This document shows, in pieces, positions 48,358 through 57,903 of a DNA stretch of 64,000 bases. Made by a program: the position numbers and the translations under genes. Each line of letters opens with the position of its first letter. The stretch's first letter is position 1. Where the stretch lies: positions 310,001 to 374,000 of the forward strand of contig CAZCME010000003.1 of assembly GCA_964499705.1 (NCBI GenBank). The letters run 5' to 3'. The notes below the pieces were generated by a model. The model saw only the letters and a list, made by a program, of their open reading frames with translations, was not told the DNA's origin and ran no database searches. This DNA comes from an uncultured bacterium. Its GTDB lineage: Bacteria > UBA8481.

Positions 48358-49580
48358 CGGGAGGCCCTTCTTTTTTCGGAGGGAATCGGCTCGCGCACCG
48401 CTTCTTCGCGGCCGAAGGAGATCGACTCCGCCGCGCGCCGCGCGCGATCCGTTGCTTCCTCCGCGGAGGAACCGACCGCGGTGACGTGGCCCATCTTCCT
48501 GCCGGGCCGGCTGGCGGATTTGCCGTAGACGTGCACATGAGCGCCGTCGATGGCCAGGGCATCCTTCAAGCCCAGGGGAGCGCCGTCGCCAGGACCCGCT
48601 CCGAGGAGATTGATCATGACCGCGGCGGGGACGAGCTGCCTGGCGGAACCGAGCGGCCAGCCGAGCACGGCGCGGACATGGTTCTCGAACTGGGATGTCC
48701 GGCAAGCCTCGATCGTGTAGTGCCCCGAATTGTGGACGCGCGGAGCAAGCTCGTTGATGAGCAGGTTACCGGAACTGCAGAGGAAGAATTCGACGCTGAA
48801 CACGCCTACACCCTTGACCGCATCGACCGCCGCGCGGGCGGTCTCCTCGGCCCTCGCGCGGGTCTTCGTGTCCAGCTCGGCCGGCGCCGTTACGACATGG
48901 CAGATGTGATCGCGCTGGATCGTCTCGACCACGGGGTAGATGACGGTGTCGCCATTTTTTCCACGCGCGAGCATGACGGCGAGCTCCCGCTCGAACGGAC
49001 AGAATTCCTCGGCGAAGAGCTCGTTGGCTCCTCCGCCCAGCTTGTCCCAGGCGGGCGCGACCTGGTCGGGATGATCGATCGTAGCATTCCCCTTGCCGTC
49101 GTAACCGTTGCGGCGCTTTTTAAGAACGATCGATCCTCCGAATAATTCCATGGTTTTCGCGACGTCATCTGGAGATGGCGTATCCTGGAATCGCGGCAGA
49201 GGCAGTCCCGCGGCCGCCAGGGCCTTCTTCTGGACCAGCTTGTCCTGCACGGTCCGGATGCAGGCGGCGGACGGAAAGAGCCGGCATCCGGTTTTCTCCA
49301 GGGCGGAGAGGGATTCGGAGGAGACGAATTCGTTTTCGAGCGTGACGACATCGACGCGGCGCCCCAGGTCGATCAGCGCGTCGGGATCGTCCCAGTCTCC
49401 GATGATCGTCCGCGTCGCGAGATTGGCGGCCGGACTGTGGCGATCTTTTTCGAGGACGATGACGTCGCACCCCAGTCGAAAGGCGGCCTGCGCGATCATG
49501 CGCGCGAGCTGTCCGCCGCCGACGATTCCGAGAGTCACGGGCCGGAAAGGTTTCGGCATGATGCGCGCCGTCGGAGTCAT
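48354..49580 (-). CDS. purK: N5-CAIR synthase
   Basis: ATG 49580. [38 protein letters not shown]. Confidence 0.95.
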   Translation of the reverse strand: MTPTARIMPKPFRPVTLGIVGGGQLARMIAQAAFRLGCDVIVLEKDRHSPAANLATRTIIGDWDDPDALIDLGRRVDVVTLENEFVSSESLSALEKTGCRLFPSAACIRTVQDKLVQKKALAAAGLPLPRFQDTPSPDDVAKTMELFGGSIVLKKRRNGYDGKGNATIDHPDQVAPAWDKLGGGANELFAEEFCPFERELAVMLARGKNGDTVIYPVVETIQRDHICHVVTAPAELDTKTRARAEETARAAVDAVKGVGVFSVEFFLCSSGNLLINELAPRVHNSGHYTIEACRTSQFENHVRAVLGWPLGSARQLVPAAVMINLLGAGPGDGAPLGLKDALAIDGAHVHVYGKSASRPGRKMGHVTAVGSSAEEATDRARRAAESISFGREEAVREPIPSEKRRASR

Positions 49581-49581
49581 C

Positions 49582-51222
49582 TCATTCCCACTCGATCGTC
49601 GCGGGCGGCTTGGACGAGATGTCGTAGACGACGCGGTTGATGCCGGCGACCTCGTTGATGATCCTGTTGGAGACGGTGCGCAGGAGTTCACCCGGGAGGT
49701 CCGCCCAGTCGGCCGTCATGAAATCGAGCGTCGTGACCGCGCGGATCGCGACGACTTCCTCGTACGTCCGGGCGTCACCCATGACGCCGACGCTCTTGAC
49801 CGGCAGCAGGACGGCGAAAGCCTGCGACGTGTGGTCATACAATTTCGCCGCGCGCAATTCGGAGATGAAGATGTGGTCGGCGGCCCGCAGGATCCTGAGC
49901 CGCTCGGCCGTGATCTCTCCGAGGACCCGCACGGCCAGTCCCGGCCCCGGGAACGGATGGCGGCCCAGCGTGTCGTGCGGCAGTCCCAGCTCGCGGCCGA
50001 CCCGGCGGACATCGTCCTTGAAGAGCCACTTCAGCGGTTCGAGCAGCTTGAATTTCAGATCCGCGGGCAATCCTCCCACGTTGTGATGCGTCTTGATCTT
50101 CGCGCTCGGTCCGCCCATCGCGGACCGGCTCTCGATGAGATCGGGATAGAGCGTGCCCTGCGCGAGGAATTTGATGGCGTCGTCGGAACCGGCGCCGATG
50201 GAGCGAAGAGTTTCCGTGAAGGAATCGATGAACGTCTTCCCGATGATCTTCCTCTTCTCTTCCGGATCGGTGACGCCGGCCAGGGCCGAGAGAAAGCGAA
50301 CCGAGGCGTCGTGCACGTGGAGCGGAACGCCGACGTCGCGCTTGAAACGTTCCGCGACTTCCTCCCGCTCGTTCTGCCGCAGCAGGCCGTTGTCGATGAA
50401 GACCGGAACGAGCCGGTCGCCGATGGCGCGATGGATGAGGACGGACGCGACGGAGGAATCGACGCCGCCGGAGACGCCGAGCACGACCTTGTCGTTCCCG
50501 ACCGTCTCGCGGATCTCGCGGATGCTCTCCTCGACGAACGTCTCCGTCGTCCAATCCCTTTCGCAACCGCAGACGTGGAAGAGAAAATTGGCCAGCAGGG
50601 TCTGGCCGTTCTCGGTGTGCGCGACTTCCGGATGGAACTGGACTCCGAACCGCCGCATCTTCTCGTCCTGGATCGCGACACAGATGGAGTCGCCCGACTC
50701 CTGCAGGCATGACGGGTCCTGGCAAGCCTGGTCCTCGCTTTCCGCGGAAGCCGTGCCGTGCGAGAGCGCGATGCCGCGGAATCCGTCCGGCAACTTGACG
50801 CATCGGTCGCCATGGCTCATCCATACCTTCTGCGTGGCCGCCATTCCCTGGAAGATCTTCGACGAACAGCCATTGGTGGAAAATCCGCCGCCTGGCGACA
50901 TCAGGGAAACGAGAGCCCGCCCGTATTCGCGCCGATCCCCGGAGGTGACGACTCCGCCCAGGTTCCTGCAGAGCAGCTGCATGCCGTAGCAGATCCCCAG
51001 AAGCGGCAGTTCCCCCGAAAGCAGTTCCGGATCGCATCCCGGCGCGTTCTCGTCATTCACGCTGGCGGGACCTCCGGACAGGACGACACCGGACGCTTTC
51101 ATTTCCATGAGCTGAGCGCGGGTCGTGGTGTGCGGCAGGATGACGGAGTAGACACCCTGCTGCCGGATCGCGCGAGCGATGAGCTGCGTGTACTGGGATC
51201 CGAAATCGAGAATCGCGATCAT
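49582..51222 (-). CDS. guaA: GMP synthase (glutamine-hydrolysing)
   Basis: ATG 51222 (MIAILDFGSQ). GICYGMQ, QFHPEV, SGGVDS, IKTHHNVGG, KPPATIEWE. Confidence 0.96.
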   Translation of the reverse strand: MIAILDFGSQYTQLIARAIRQQGVYSVILPHTTTRAQLMEMKASGVVLSGGPASVNDENAPGCDPELLSGELPLLGICYGMQLLCRNLGGVVTSGDRREYGRALVSLMSPGGGFSTNGCSSKIFQGMAATQKVWMSHGDRCVKLPDGFRGIALSHGTASAESEDQACQDPSCLQESGDSICVAIQDEKMRRFGVQFHPEVAHTENGQTLLANFLFHVCGCERDWTTETFVEESIREIRETVGNDKVVLGVSGGVDSSVASVLIHRAIGDRLVPVFIDNGLLRQNEREEVAERFKRDVGVPLHVHDASVRFLSALAGVTDPEEKRKIIGKTFIDSFTETLRSIGAGSDDAIKFLAQGTLYPDLIESRSAMGGPSAKIKTHHNVGGLPADLKFKLLEPLKWLFKDDVRRVGRELGLPHDTLGRHPFPGPGLAVRVLGEITAERLRILRAADHIFISELRAAKLYDHTSQAFAVLLPVKSVGVMGDARTYEEVVAIRAVTTLDFMTADWADLPGELLRTVSNRIINEVAGINRVVYDISSKPPATIEWE

Positions 51223-51229
51223 GTTTTTT

Positions 51230-51373
51230 TTAACCACGAAGACACGAAGACACGAAGAAAATCTATTGGGTTGTCCGACGTTGCCTTCAAGATGGAATTG
51301 AAGCTGGTTTCTACATATTCGATTTTGGTTCTTATTAAAACACTTCTTCGTGTCTTCGTGTCTTCGTGGTTAA
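51230..51373. repeat. Nonamer-period cassette with perfect 30-bp terminal inverted repeats
   Basis: TTAACCACGAAGACACGAAGACACGAAGAA (51230-51259) and its exact reverse complement (51344-51373); AT-rich 84-bp interior. Confidence 0.92.
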
Positions 51374-51385
51374 CACTTGCCCTCA

Positions 51386-52549
51386 TCACGACTTTCCCAT
51401 GCCGATGTGCTGTGTGCGCTGAAAGAGCTTGCCCTCGGTCTTGATGGCGGGGGCGATGATGAGTTCCGTCAACTGGAGCTCCTTGATGTTCATTGCGCCG
51501 ACGGAACCCATGCAGGTGCGGATGGCGCCGACGAGATTCTGCGTGCCGTCGTCGCATGTGGCGGGGCCGAAGAGGATCTGCTCCAGGGAACCCGTGACCT
51601 GCACGGAGACGCGCGTGCCGCGGGGAAGGTTGGAATGAGGAGTGGCCATGCCCCAGTGATAGCCGCGGCCCGGAGCTTCCGTCGCCTTGGCGAGTCCCGA
51701 TCCGATCATGACGGCGTCGGCTCCGGAGGCGAACGCCTTGCAGAGATCGCCGCCTGTAATCATGCCGCCGTCGGTGAATATCGGGATGTAGCGGCCGCTC
51801 TGCTTGTGGAACATGTCGCGCGCGGCGGCCGAATCGACCGTCGCGGTGACCTGTGGAACTCCGATGCCGAGGACGCCGCGGCTGGTGCAGGCCGCGCCGG
51901 GGCCGATGCCGATCAGGAGCCCTGCGGGGCCGGCGGCCATCAGTTCCAGGGCCATCTCGTACGTCACGGAATTTCCGACGACGACGGGGACCTTGGCGCG
52001 CTTGCAGAAGGAAGCGAGGTCGAGCGTTTTATATTGGGTGGAGATGTGGCGGACGGTGGCTACGGTCGACTGGATGAAGAAGAGATCGACGCCCGCTTCC
52101 TCCGCAAGCGGAAGATACTGCTCGGCTTTCTGGGGGATCGCGGAGACGGCGGCGATTCCGCCGGCTTTCTTGATCTCCCCGATCCGTTGCCCGATCAGCT
52201 CGGGCTTGACCGGTGTGTCGTAGAGCCTCTGGATGAGCTTCGTGGCCGTGTCGGGGTCGGCGGAGGAGATCTCAGTAAGGATCGACGCGGGATTGTCATA
52301 GCGGGTCTGGACGCCTTCGAGGTTCAGGACGGCAAGCCCCCCCAGCTTGCTCATCGTCGTCGCGAAATGCGGATCGACGACGCCGTCCATGGCGGAGGCG
52401 ATGATCGGGATGCCGAACTTGATGGAGCCGATCGAGAAACTGATATCGACTTCCTCCGGATTGATCGTCCGCTGGCCCGGAACCAGTGCCACCTCGTCGA
52501 AGCCGTAGGCGCGGCGCGCCTTCCGATTCATGCCGATGTAGTACGCCAT
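51386..52549 (-). CDS. guaB: GuaB3-type IMP dehydrogenase family protein (no CBS domains)
   Basis: ATG 52549 with GGGAGG RBS. RRAYGFDEVALVPG, ASAMDGVVD, GPGAACTSR, GYHWGMA. Confidence 0.9.
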   Translation of the reverse strand: MAYYIGMNRKARRAYGFDEVALVPGQRTINPEEVDISFSIGSIKFGIPIIASAMDGVVDPHFATTMSKLGGLAVLNLEGVQTRYDNPASILTEISSADPDTATKLIQRLYDTPVKPELIGQRIGEIKKAGGIAAVSAIPQKAEQYLPLAEEAGVDLFFIQSTVATVRHISTQYKTLDLASFCKRAKVPVVVGNSVTYEMALELMAAGPAGLLIGIGPGAACTSRGVLGIGVPQVTATVDSAAARDMFHKQSGRYIPIFTDGGMITGGDLCKAFASGADAVMIGSGLAKATEAPGRGYHWGMATPHSNLPRGTRVSVQVTGSLEQILFGPATCDDGTQNLVGAIRTCMGSVGAMNIKELQLTELIIAPAIKTEGKLFQRTQHIGMGKS

Positions 52550-52799
52550 TCTGCAATCCTCCCGTTCCACGGACAGATGCGCCTCGGAGACGCGCTTTCC
52601 CGTGAAAACATGATCCGTTCCAGTTTGTAGGCACTCATCCCCGTATAGACGTATAACCTGCGGGTTGCGGTCTTTTTCTCTTACTTCTCGTAAATGTTGT
52701 TGTCGTGCGGCTGCTGTTCTGCCCGGCTGTGATGTGCGGAATATGATCTTGTCAGGGGGAGCGCTCGTCAAGGTTAATTTTGAAACAGTTTGAAAATAA

Positions 52800-52848
52800 A
52801 TACTAAATGTAGCGATTTTGGACTTGACTCACCAACTACATGCAGTGT
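52800..52848 (+). promoter_or_regulatory. Tandem NrdR boxes
   Basis: ATACTAAATGTAGCGA (52800-52815) and CAACTACATGCAGTGT (52833-52848) fit acaCwAtATaTwGtgt, 33 bp apart, upstream of nrdJ; nrdR is in the operon. Confidence 0.75.
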
Positions 52849-52853
52849 ATCTT
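52824..52853 (+). promoter_or_regulatory. Putative sigma70 promoter for the nrdJ operon
   Basis: TTGACT-18 bp-TATCTT, overlapped by the second NrdR box. Confidence 0.5.
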
Positions 52854-52931
52854 CGAATCCTTGCCCGTCACCTGACTTGTCACCTGACGACGCAATAGGG
52901 AAAAACCCAATCAAATCTTCGGAGAGGTGCC

Positions 52932-55733
52932 ATGACTCCATCAGCCGCATTGAACGCCGGTTTGTCCGACGTCGCAAAGAACGCCGCCCCCATGACGGAA
53001 TTGCCCGAAATTACGCCAGGTACATTCTCCAGACGCTACACAAAAAAGGGCGTGGATGTCTACTCCATGACCGAATGGAATTTCCGGACCACCACGATCA
53101 CCGATGACGGAGGCAAGGTGATCTTCGAACAAAAGAATGTCGAAGCGCCCGTCTTCTGGTCGGACCTCGCCTTGAACATCGTCGCCTCCAAGTATTTCCG
53201 CGGCACGCCCGGCACACCCGCGCGCGAATCGTCCGTGCGCGCGATGATCCATCGGGTCGCCCACACGATCTCCGACTGGGGCCGCAAGGATGGATATTTC
53301 GCGACCGAAGAGGACGCGCAGGCCTTCGAGGACGAGCTCACGTACATTCTCCTCTTCCAGTGCGCCTCCTTCAATTCGCCCGTCTGGTTCAATGTCGGGA
53401 CCGAGCCGCGCCCGCAGTGCTCGGCCTGCTTCATCAATTCCGTGGAGGATTCCATGGAGTCGATCCTGACCCTGGCGAAGACGGAAGGCATGCTCTTCAA
53501 GTACGGATCCGGCACCGGCACGAACCTCTCCCCTCTCCGGTCGTCGAAGGAATACGTCAAGGGCGGCGGCCTCGCTTCCGGCCCTGTCTCCTTCATGAAG
53601 GGCTACGACGCCTTCGCCGGCGTCATCAAGTCCGGCGGCAAGACGCGCCGCGCCGCGAAGATGGTGATCCTGAACGTCGACCACCCGGATATCCTCGACT
53701 TCGTCGAATCCAAGCAGCGCGAGGAAGCCAAGGCGCACGCCCTCATCGACGCCGGATACGACGGATCCGTCAACGGCGAAGCTTACTCCTCCGTCTACTT
53801 CCAGAACGCGAACCACTCCGTCCGCGTCACCGACGCCTTCATGGAGAGCTTTGTCCGGGGAGACAATTTCTCGACGCGCGCCGTCCAGGACGGCCGGATC
53901 ATCGACACGATGCCGGCGAAGGAAATGATGAACAGGATGGCGAAGGCCGCTCACGGTTGCGGAGACCCGGGAGTCCAGTTCGACGACGTCATCAACAAGT
54001 GGCACACCTGCAAGGGCACGGACCGGATCCAAGCCTCCAATCCCTGCTCCGAATACATGTTCCTGAACGACACGGCCTGCAACCTCGCTTCGATCAACCT
54101 CATGAAATGCGTCGACGACGCGGGCGCGTTCAGCGCCGAATCGTTCCGGCACATGTGCACGGTTCTCATTTCCGCGCAGGAAATCCTCGTCGACGAGGCT
54201 TCGTATCCGACGGAACGGATCGGAGTGAACTCCCATAAGTTCCGTCCGCTCGGACTGGGTTACGCCAATCTCGGAGCGCTCCTCATGAACATGGGCATCC
54301 CGTACGATTCCGCGGAAGCCCGCGGGTGGTGCGGAGCCATCACGGCGATCATGAACGGAGCTGCTTACGCGCAGTCCGCGCGCATCGCCTGCCAGAAGGG
54401 GCCCTTTTCTGAGTATGAACTGAACAAGGAGTCGATGCTCGACGTCATGCGGATGCACCAGGACGCGGTCGAGAAGATCGAGAAGCCCGCGTCCGGTCCC
54501 GCGTGGCGCCTGTCGATGTTGAGCGGCATGATCGATGTCGCGCGCGCCGTCTGGAAGGAGACGCTTCAGGAAGGCCTGAAGTACGGCTATCGAAACGCGC
54601 AGGCCACCGTCCTTGCGCCGACCGGCACCATCGCCTTCATGATGGATTGCGACACGACCGGTATCGAGCCCGATATCGCCCTGGTGAAATACAAGCGGCT
54701 CTCCGGCGGCGGAACGTTGAAGATCGTCAACCAGTCCGTCCGTCCCGCCCTGGAGCGGCTCGGCTACACCGCCGGCGAGATCAACACGATCATCGCGTAC
54801 GTCGACGAGCACGAAACCATCGAGGGAGCTCCTTACCTGAAGGACGAGGATCTCTCGGTCTTCGACTGCGCGTTCCGTCCCCGGTCCGGCAAGCGGACGA
54901 TCGCTCCGATGGGCCACGTCCACATGATGGCCGCCGCCCAGCCCTTTCTCTCGGGCGCGATATCCAAGACCGTGAATCTCCCCGAGGATTCCACGGTGGC
55001 CGACATCGAGGAGATCTACGTCACCTCCTGGAAGCTTGGCCTGAAAGCCGTCGCCATGTATCGCGACGGCTGCAAGCGTTCGCAACCGCTCTCCACCGCG
55101 AAAAAGGGAAACCCGGCGCCGGCGAGCGCGTCGGTCGCGCCCGAGCCGCAGACAAAGCCCAAGCCATTCCGCAGGCGATTGCCCACGGAGCGGCAGGCCT
55201 TGACGCACCGCTTCGAGATCCAGGGACACGAGGGCTACATCACGGTCGGCATGTTCGAGGATGGCACGCCCGGCGAAATCTTCCTGAAGATGTCGAAGGA
55301 AGGGAGCACGATCTCCGGTCTCATGGACACGATCGCGACGCTCACATCGATGGCCCTGCAGTACGGCGTCCCTCTCCATGCGCTCGTGAAGAAATTCGGA
55401 CACGTCCGGTTCGAGCCGAGCGGATTCACGACGAATCCGCAGATCCCGATGTCCAAGTCGATCGTCGATTACACCTTCCGCTGGCTGGCGTCGCGATTTC
55501 TCTCGGAGGAGGACCGGCACGCGTTCGGCATCATCGGCGCGCAGGCGCCGAAACAGGAAAAAACCACCGAAGCGCCGGCCGCGACCGCCGTCATGCAGCA
55601 GGAGGAATCCGGCAAATTCGCCTTCTACAACCAGGTGGACGCGCCGCTCTGCTCCGTCTGCGGCTCCATCACCGTCCGCAACGCTAGCTGCTATCTCTGC
55701 CCGACCTGCGGGACGAGCAATGGATGTTCGTGA
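52932..55733 (+). CDS. nrdJ: Vitamin B12-dependent ribonucleotide reductase (class II) with C-terminal TSCPD-like domain
   Basis: FNSPVWFN, QCSACFI, GGKTRRAAKM, SNPCSEY, APTGTI, AISKTVN, YRDG, C-terminal CxxC..CxxC..GCS. Confidence 0.95.
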   Translation: MTPSAALNAGLSDVAKNAAPMTELPEITPGTFSRRYTKKGVDVYSMTEWNFRTTTITDDGGKVIFEQKNVEAPVFWSDLALNIVASKYFRGTPGTPARESSVRAMIHRVAHTISDWGRKDGYFATEEDAQAFEDELTYILLFQCASFNSPVWFNVGTEPRPQCSACFINSVEDSMESILTLAKTEGMLFKYGSGTGTNLSPLRSSKEYVKGGGLASGPVSFMKGYDAFAGVIKSGGKTRRAAKMVILNVDHPDILDFVESKQREEAKAHALIDAGYDGSVNGEAYSSVYFQNANHSVRVTDAFMESFVRGDNFSTRAVQDGRIIDTMPAKEMMNRMAKAAHGCGDPGVQFDDVINKWHTCKGTDRIQASNPCSEYMFLNDTACNLASINLMKCVDDAGAFSAESFRHMCTVLISAQEILVDEASYPTERIGVNSHKFRPLGLGYANLGALLMNMGIPYDSAEARGWCGAITAIMNGAAYAQSARIACQKGPFSEYELNKESMLDVMRMHQDAVEKIEKPASGPAWRLSMLSGMIDVARAVWKETLQEGLKYGYRNAQATVLAPTGTIAFMMDCDTTGIEPDIALVKYKRLSGGGTLKIVNQSVRPALERLGYTAGEINTIIAYVDEHETIEGAPYLKDEDLSVFDCAFRPRSGKRTIAPMGHVHMMAAAQPFLSGAISKTVNLPEDSTVADIEEIYVTSWKLGLKAVAMYRDGCKRSQPLSTAKKGNPAPASASVAPEPQTKPKPFRRRLPTERQALTHRFEIQGHEGYITVGMFEDGTPGEIFLKMSKEGSTISGLMDTIATLTSMALQYGVPLHALVKKFGHVRFEPSGFTTNPQIPMSKSIVDYTFRWLASRFLSEEDRHAFGIIGAQAPKQEKTTEAPAATAVMQQEESGKFAFYNQVDAPLCSVCGSITVRNASCYLCPTCGTSNGCS

Positions 55734-57345
55734 AGAGGATCTGATCTCCGGGGCTCGATCGATCGAGCCCCGGATCGGTTCCGTTGAGCTCCTTCACGCC
55801 ACGCCTGCTCCCTACGAAAACGCCGTCGCGACGGCGATGACCTGCTATTCGTCGCGCCTCATAAAAACTCCGGAGGTTTCGAAGGATGAGAAGGCGATCG
55901 CCCGGCGCGACCGGATCGCGGAGCGCACGTTCAAGGCGGGGCACAATACGACGCTCCAGCACAACACGTTCCAGTTCGCGTTTCATGGCGTCTCCCGGTA
56001 CCTGCTCTGGACGTTCCTGCACGATCACCCGTTTTATAACTCTGAGCAGGTCTCGCAGCGGTATGTCCGTGTCAGCGCGGAGAAGGTCTTCACGCCGCCG
56101 CTCTCGGAACGAGGCCGCGAACGATTCGCGGCCGCCGTGTCCGACGCGGCCGGGACGTATCACAGGCTGACGGAGATCCTGGAAGAGCCCGCGCGCGATG
56201 CCTACGCGGATGTCTTTACGGGCCGGAGGTTGTCGCTTCAGGCGGAAGGCGACAAGAGCAGGTGGCACCGCGATATTGTCAAGAAATCGCAGGAGGTCGC
56301 GCGCTATGTTCTACCGCTCGCGACGATGGCGCATCTCCATCACACCGTTTCCGGGTTGACGATCCACCGGTATCGCCGTCTCTCCAACACCATCGAGTGC
56401 GGAACGGAGATGAAACTCCTGATCGACTCCATGGTGAAGGAAGTCGTGCGGCACGATCCCCTCTTCTTCTCGCAGGCGGAAGATCCGCTGCCGCTCGATG
56501 AAACTCCGGAACGCAGGCTGCTTTCGCGGATGTTCTCGTCCGGGCCGAACGCGGAATCGAAGACGACGGATTGGATCCGAGCCTTCGACAAGGAACTCTC
56601 CGGCCGGACCTCGAAGCTCCTCGATTGTTCCTCGAATGCCGAAGCGACACTCGCGCGCGCGGTCCGCACGGTCATGGGGGCGGGATCCGATACCATGTCC
56701 GACGACGAGGCGATCCGCTGGGCCCTGGACCCGGAACGGAATTCCCACCTCTGCGATTCCCTGAACCTTTCCACGCACGGGAAACTGACGAAGACGCTGG
56801 TGCACCCGCACTTCACCTTCGCCAGGAAACTTTCGCTCTCCGCCGATGCGCAGGACCAGCGCCACCGCTGCGTTCCCGGTTCGCGTCCGCTCCTGGCGAG
56901 CCATTTCCGCCCCTCCACCCCCGACTACATCGTGCCGACGCTGGTCACGAAATCCGCGGAAGCGGAGGATCTGTATCACGGCTTCATGAAGAGGCTCTGG
57001 ATCACGCTCGCGACGATGCTCGAAGAAGGCGAACCGATGGAATCCGTCCTGTATCTGCTGCCGAATGCTTTTCCGGTAAGATTCGAGGAATCGGGCGACC
57101 TGCTTTCGCTCCGTCACAAGTGGGCGATGCGCCTCTGCTATAACGCGCAGGAGGAAATCTGGCGCGCGTCGTGCGACGAAGTGGAGCAGGTTCGCGCGAT
57201 CTTCCCGCGCATCGGCCGCTGGATGCTCCCGCCGTGCGGCCTGCGCCTCGCGGCCGGCGTCAAGCCGTTCTGCCCCGAAGGCGCCTCATACTGCGGCGTG
57301 CGGGTCTGGACGATGGATCTGGCAGATTACAGGCGGGTGATATGA
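55720..57345 (+). CDS. thyX: Tandem two-domain FAD-dependent thymidylate synthase (ThyX-like)
   Basis: GHNTTLQH, GVSR, SQRY, EVARYVLP in domain 1; QRHR, YLLPN, RLCYNAQEEI in domain 2; sits with nrdJ and dut. Confidence 0.8.
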   Translation: MDVREEDLISGARSIEPRIGSVELLHATPAPYENAVATAMTCYSSRLIKTPEVSKDEKAIARRDRIAERTFKAGHNTTLQHNTFQFAFHGVSRYLLWTFLHDHPFYNSEQVSQRYVRVSAEKVFTPPLSERGRERFAAAVSDAAGTYHRLTEILEEPARDAYADVFTGRRLSLQAEGDKSRWHRDIVKKSQEVARYVLPLATMAHLHHTVSGLTIHRYRRLSNTIECGTEMKLLIDSMVKEVVRHDPLFFSQAEDPLPLDETPERRLLSRMFSSGPNAESKTTDWIRAFDKELSGRTSKLLDCSSNAEATLARAVRTVMGAGSDTMSDDEAIRWALDPERNSHLCDSLNLSTHGKLTKTLVHPHFTFARKLSLSADAQDQRHRCVPGSRPLLASHFRPSTPDYIVPTLVTKSAEAEDLYHGFMKRLWITLATMLEEGEPMESVLYLLPNAFPVRFEESGDLLSLRHKWAMRLCYNAQEEIWRASCDEVEQVRAIFPRIGRWMLPPCGLRLAAGVKPFCPEGASYCGVRVWTMDLADYRRVI

Positions 57346-57409
57346 GACGCATGAGGGATGATCTATGAAGCACGAAGAAAACAAAACCGTCGAGAGTCGA
57401 ACGGTGTAC

Positions 57410-57443
57410 TTCATCCTTCATCCTTCATCCTTCATCCTTATCT
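57410..57443 (-). repeat. Heptamer tandem repeat (TTCATCC)x4-TTATCT
   Basis: Reverse complement matches 12985-13018 at 33 of 34 positions; ends 1 bp before the nrdR ATG. Confidence 0.9.
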
Positions 57444-57444
57444 T

Positions 57445-57903
57445 ATGATCTGTCCCGGTTGCAACGCCGAGGAGACCGGCGTCATCGATTCGAGGACGAC
57501 GGAGCACGGCATGGTGATCCGGCGGCGGCGCGAGTGCGAGAAGTGCGGGCGGAGGTTCACGACGTATGAGCGGATGGAGCAGGAGCCGATCTATGTCGTG
57601 AAGAAAGACGGCACCCGGGAGCTGTTCTCGCGCGAGAAGCTCCTGAAGGGCATCATGACCGCGTGCCGCAAGACGAGCCTGCCGCTGGAGACGCTGGAGG
57701 AGTTCGTCGCCAGCATCGAGCGGACGATCCGGGACGAAGGCGGCCGCGAGGTGGACTCCGTCTCGCTCGGGAAGGAAGTCCTCTCGGGATTGAAGCTCCT
57801 GGATCCCGTCGCCTACATCCGCTTCGCATCCGTGTACAAGGAATTTGATTCGGTGGAATCTTTCCGGCAGACTCTGGCCGACTTCGAGGAGAAGAAATCA
57901 TGA
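57445..57903 (+). CDS. nrdR: Transcriptional repressor NrdR
   Basis: ATG 57445. CPGC, VIDSR, RRRRECEKC, RFTTYE, ATP cone, VAYIRFASVY. Confidence 0.96.
   Translation: MICPGCNAEETGVIDSRTTEHGMVIRRRRECEKCGRRFTTYERMEQEPIYVVKKDGTRELFSREKLLKGIMTACRKTSLPLETLEEFVASIERTIRDEGGREVDSVSLGKEVLSGLKLLDPVAYIRFASVYKEFDSVESFRQTLADFEEKKS

Noticed and set aside
51386-52771. N-terminal extensions in ORF-track calls (guaB, neuC, neuA, lpxC, lpxA, pyrB, pyrC, purE, purK, nrdR)
   Set aside because: Longest-ORF artefacts; downstream starts match family N-termini and, in most cases, RBS positions or 4-bp overlaps.
52550-52790. Purine, ZTP or PRPP riboswitch upstream of guaB
   Set aside because: I could not match core consensus elements on the minus strand by eye; an Rfam scan would be needed.
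52941-55520. 859-aa antisense ORF, and similar long ORFs at 28462-30243, 36897-38354, 49108-50712 and 59407-61608
   Set aside because: Shadow frames opposite well-supported genes, expected from high GC3; no recognisable motifs.
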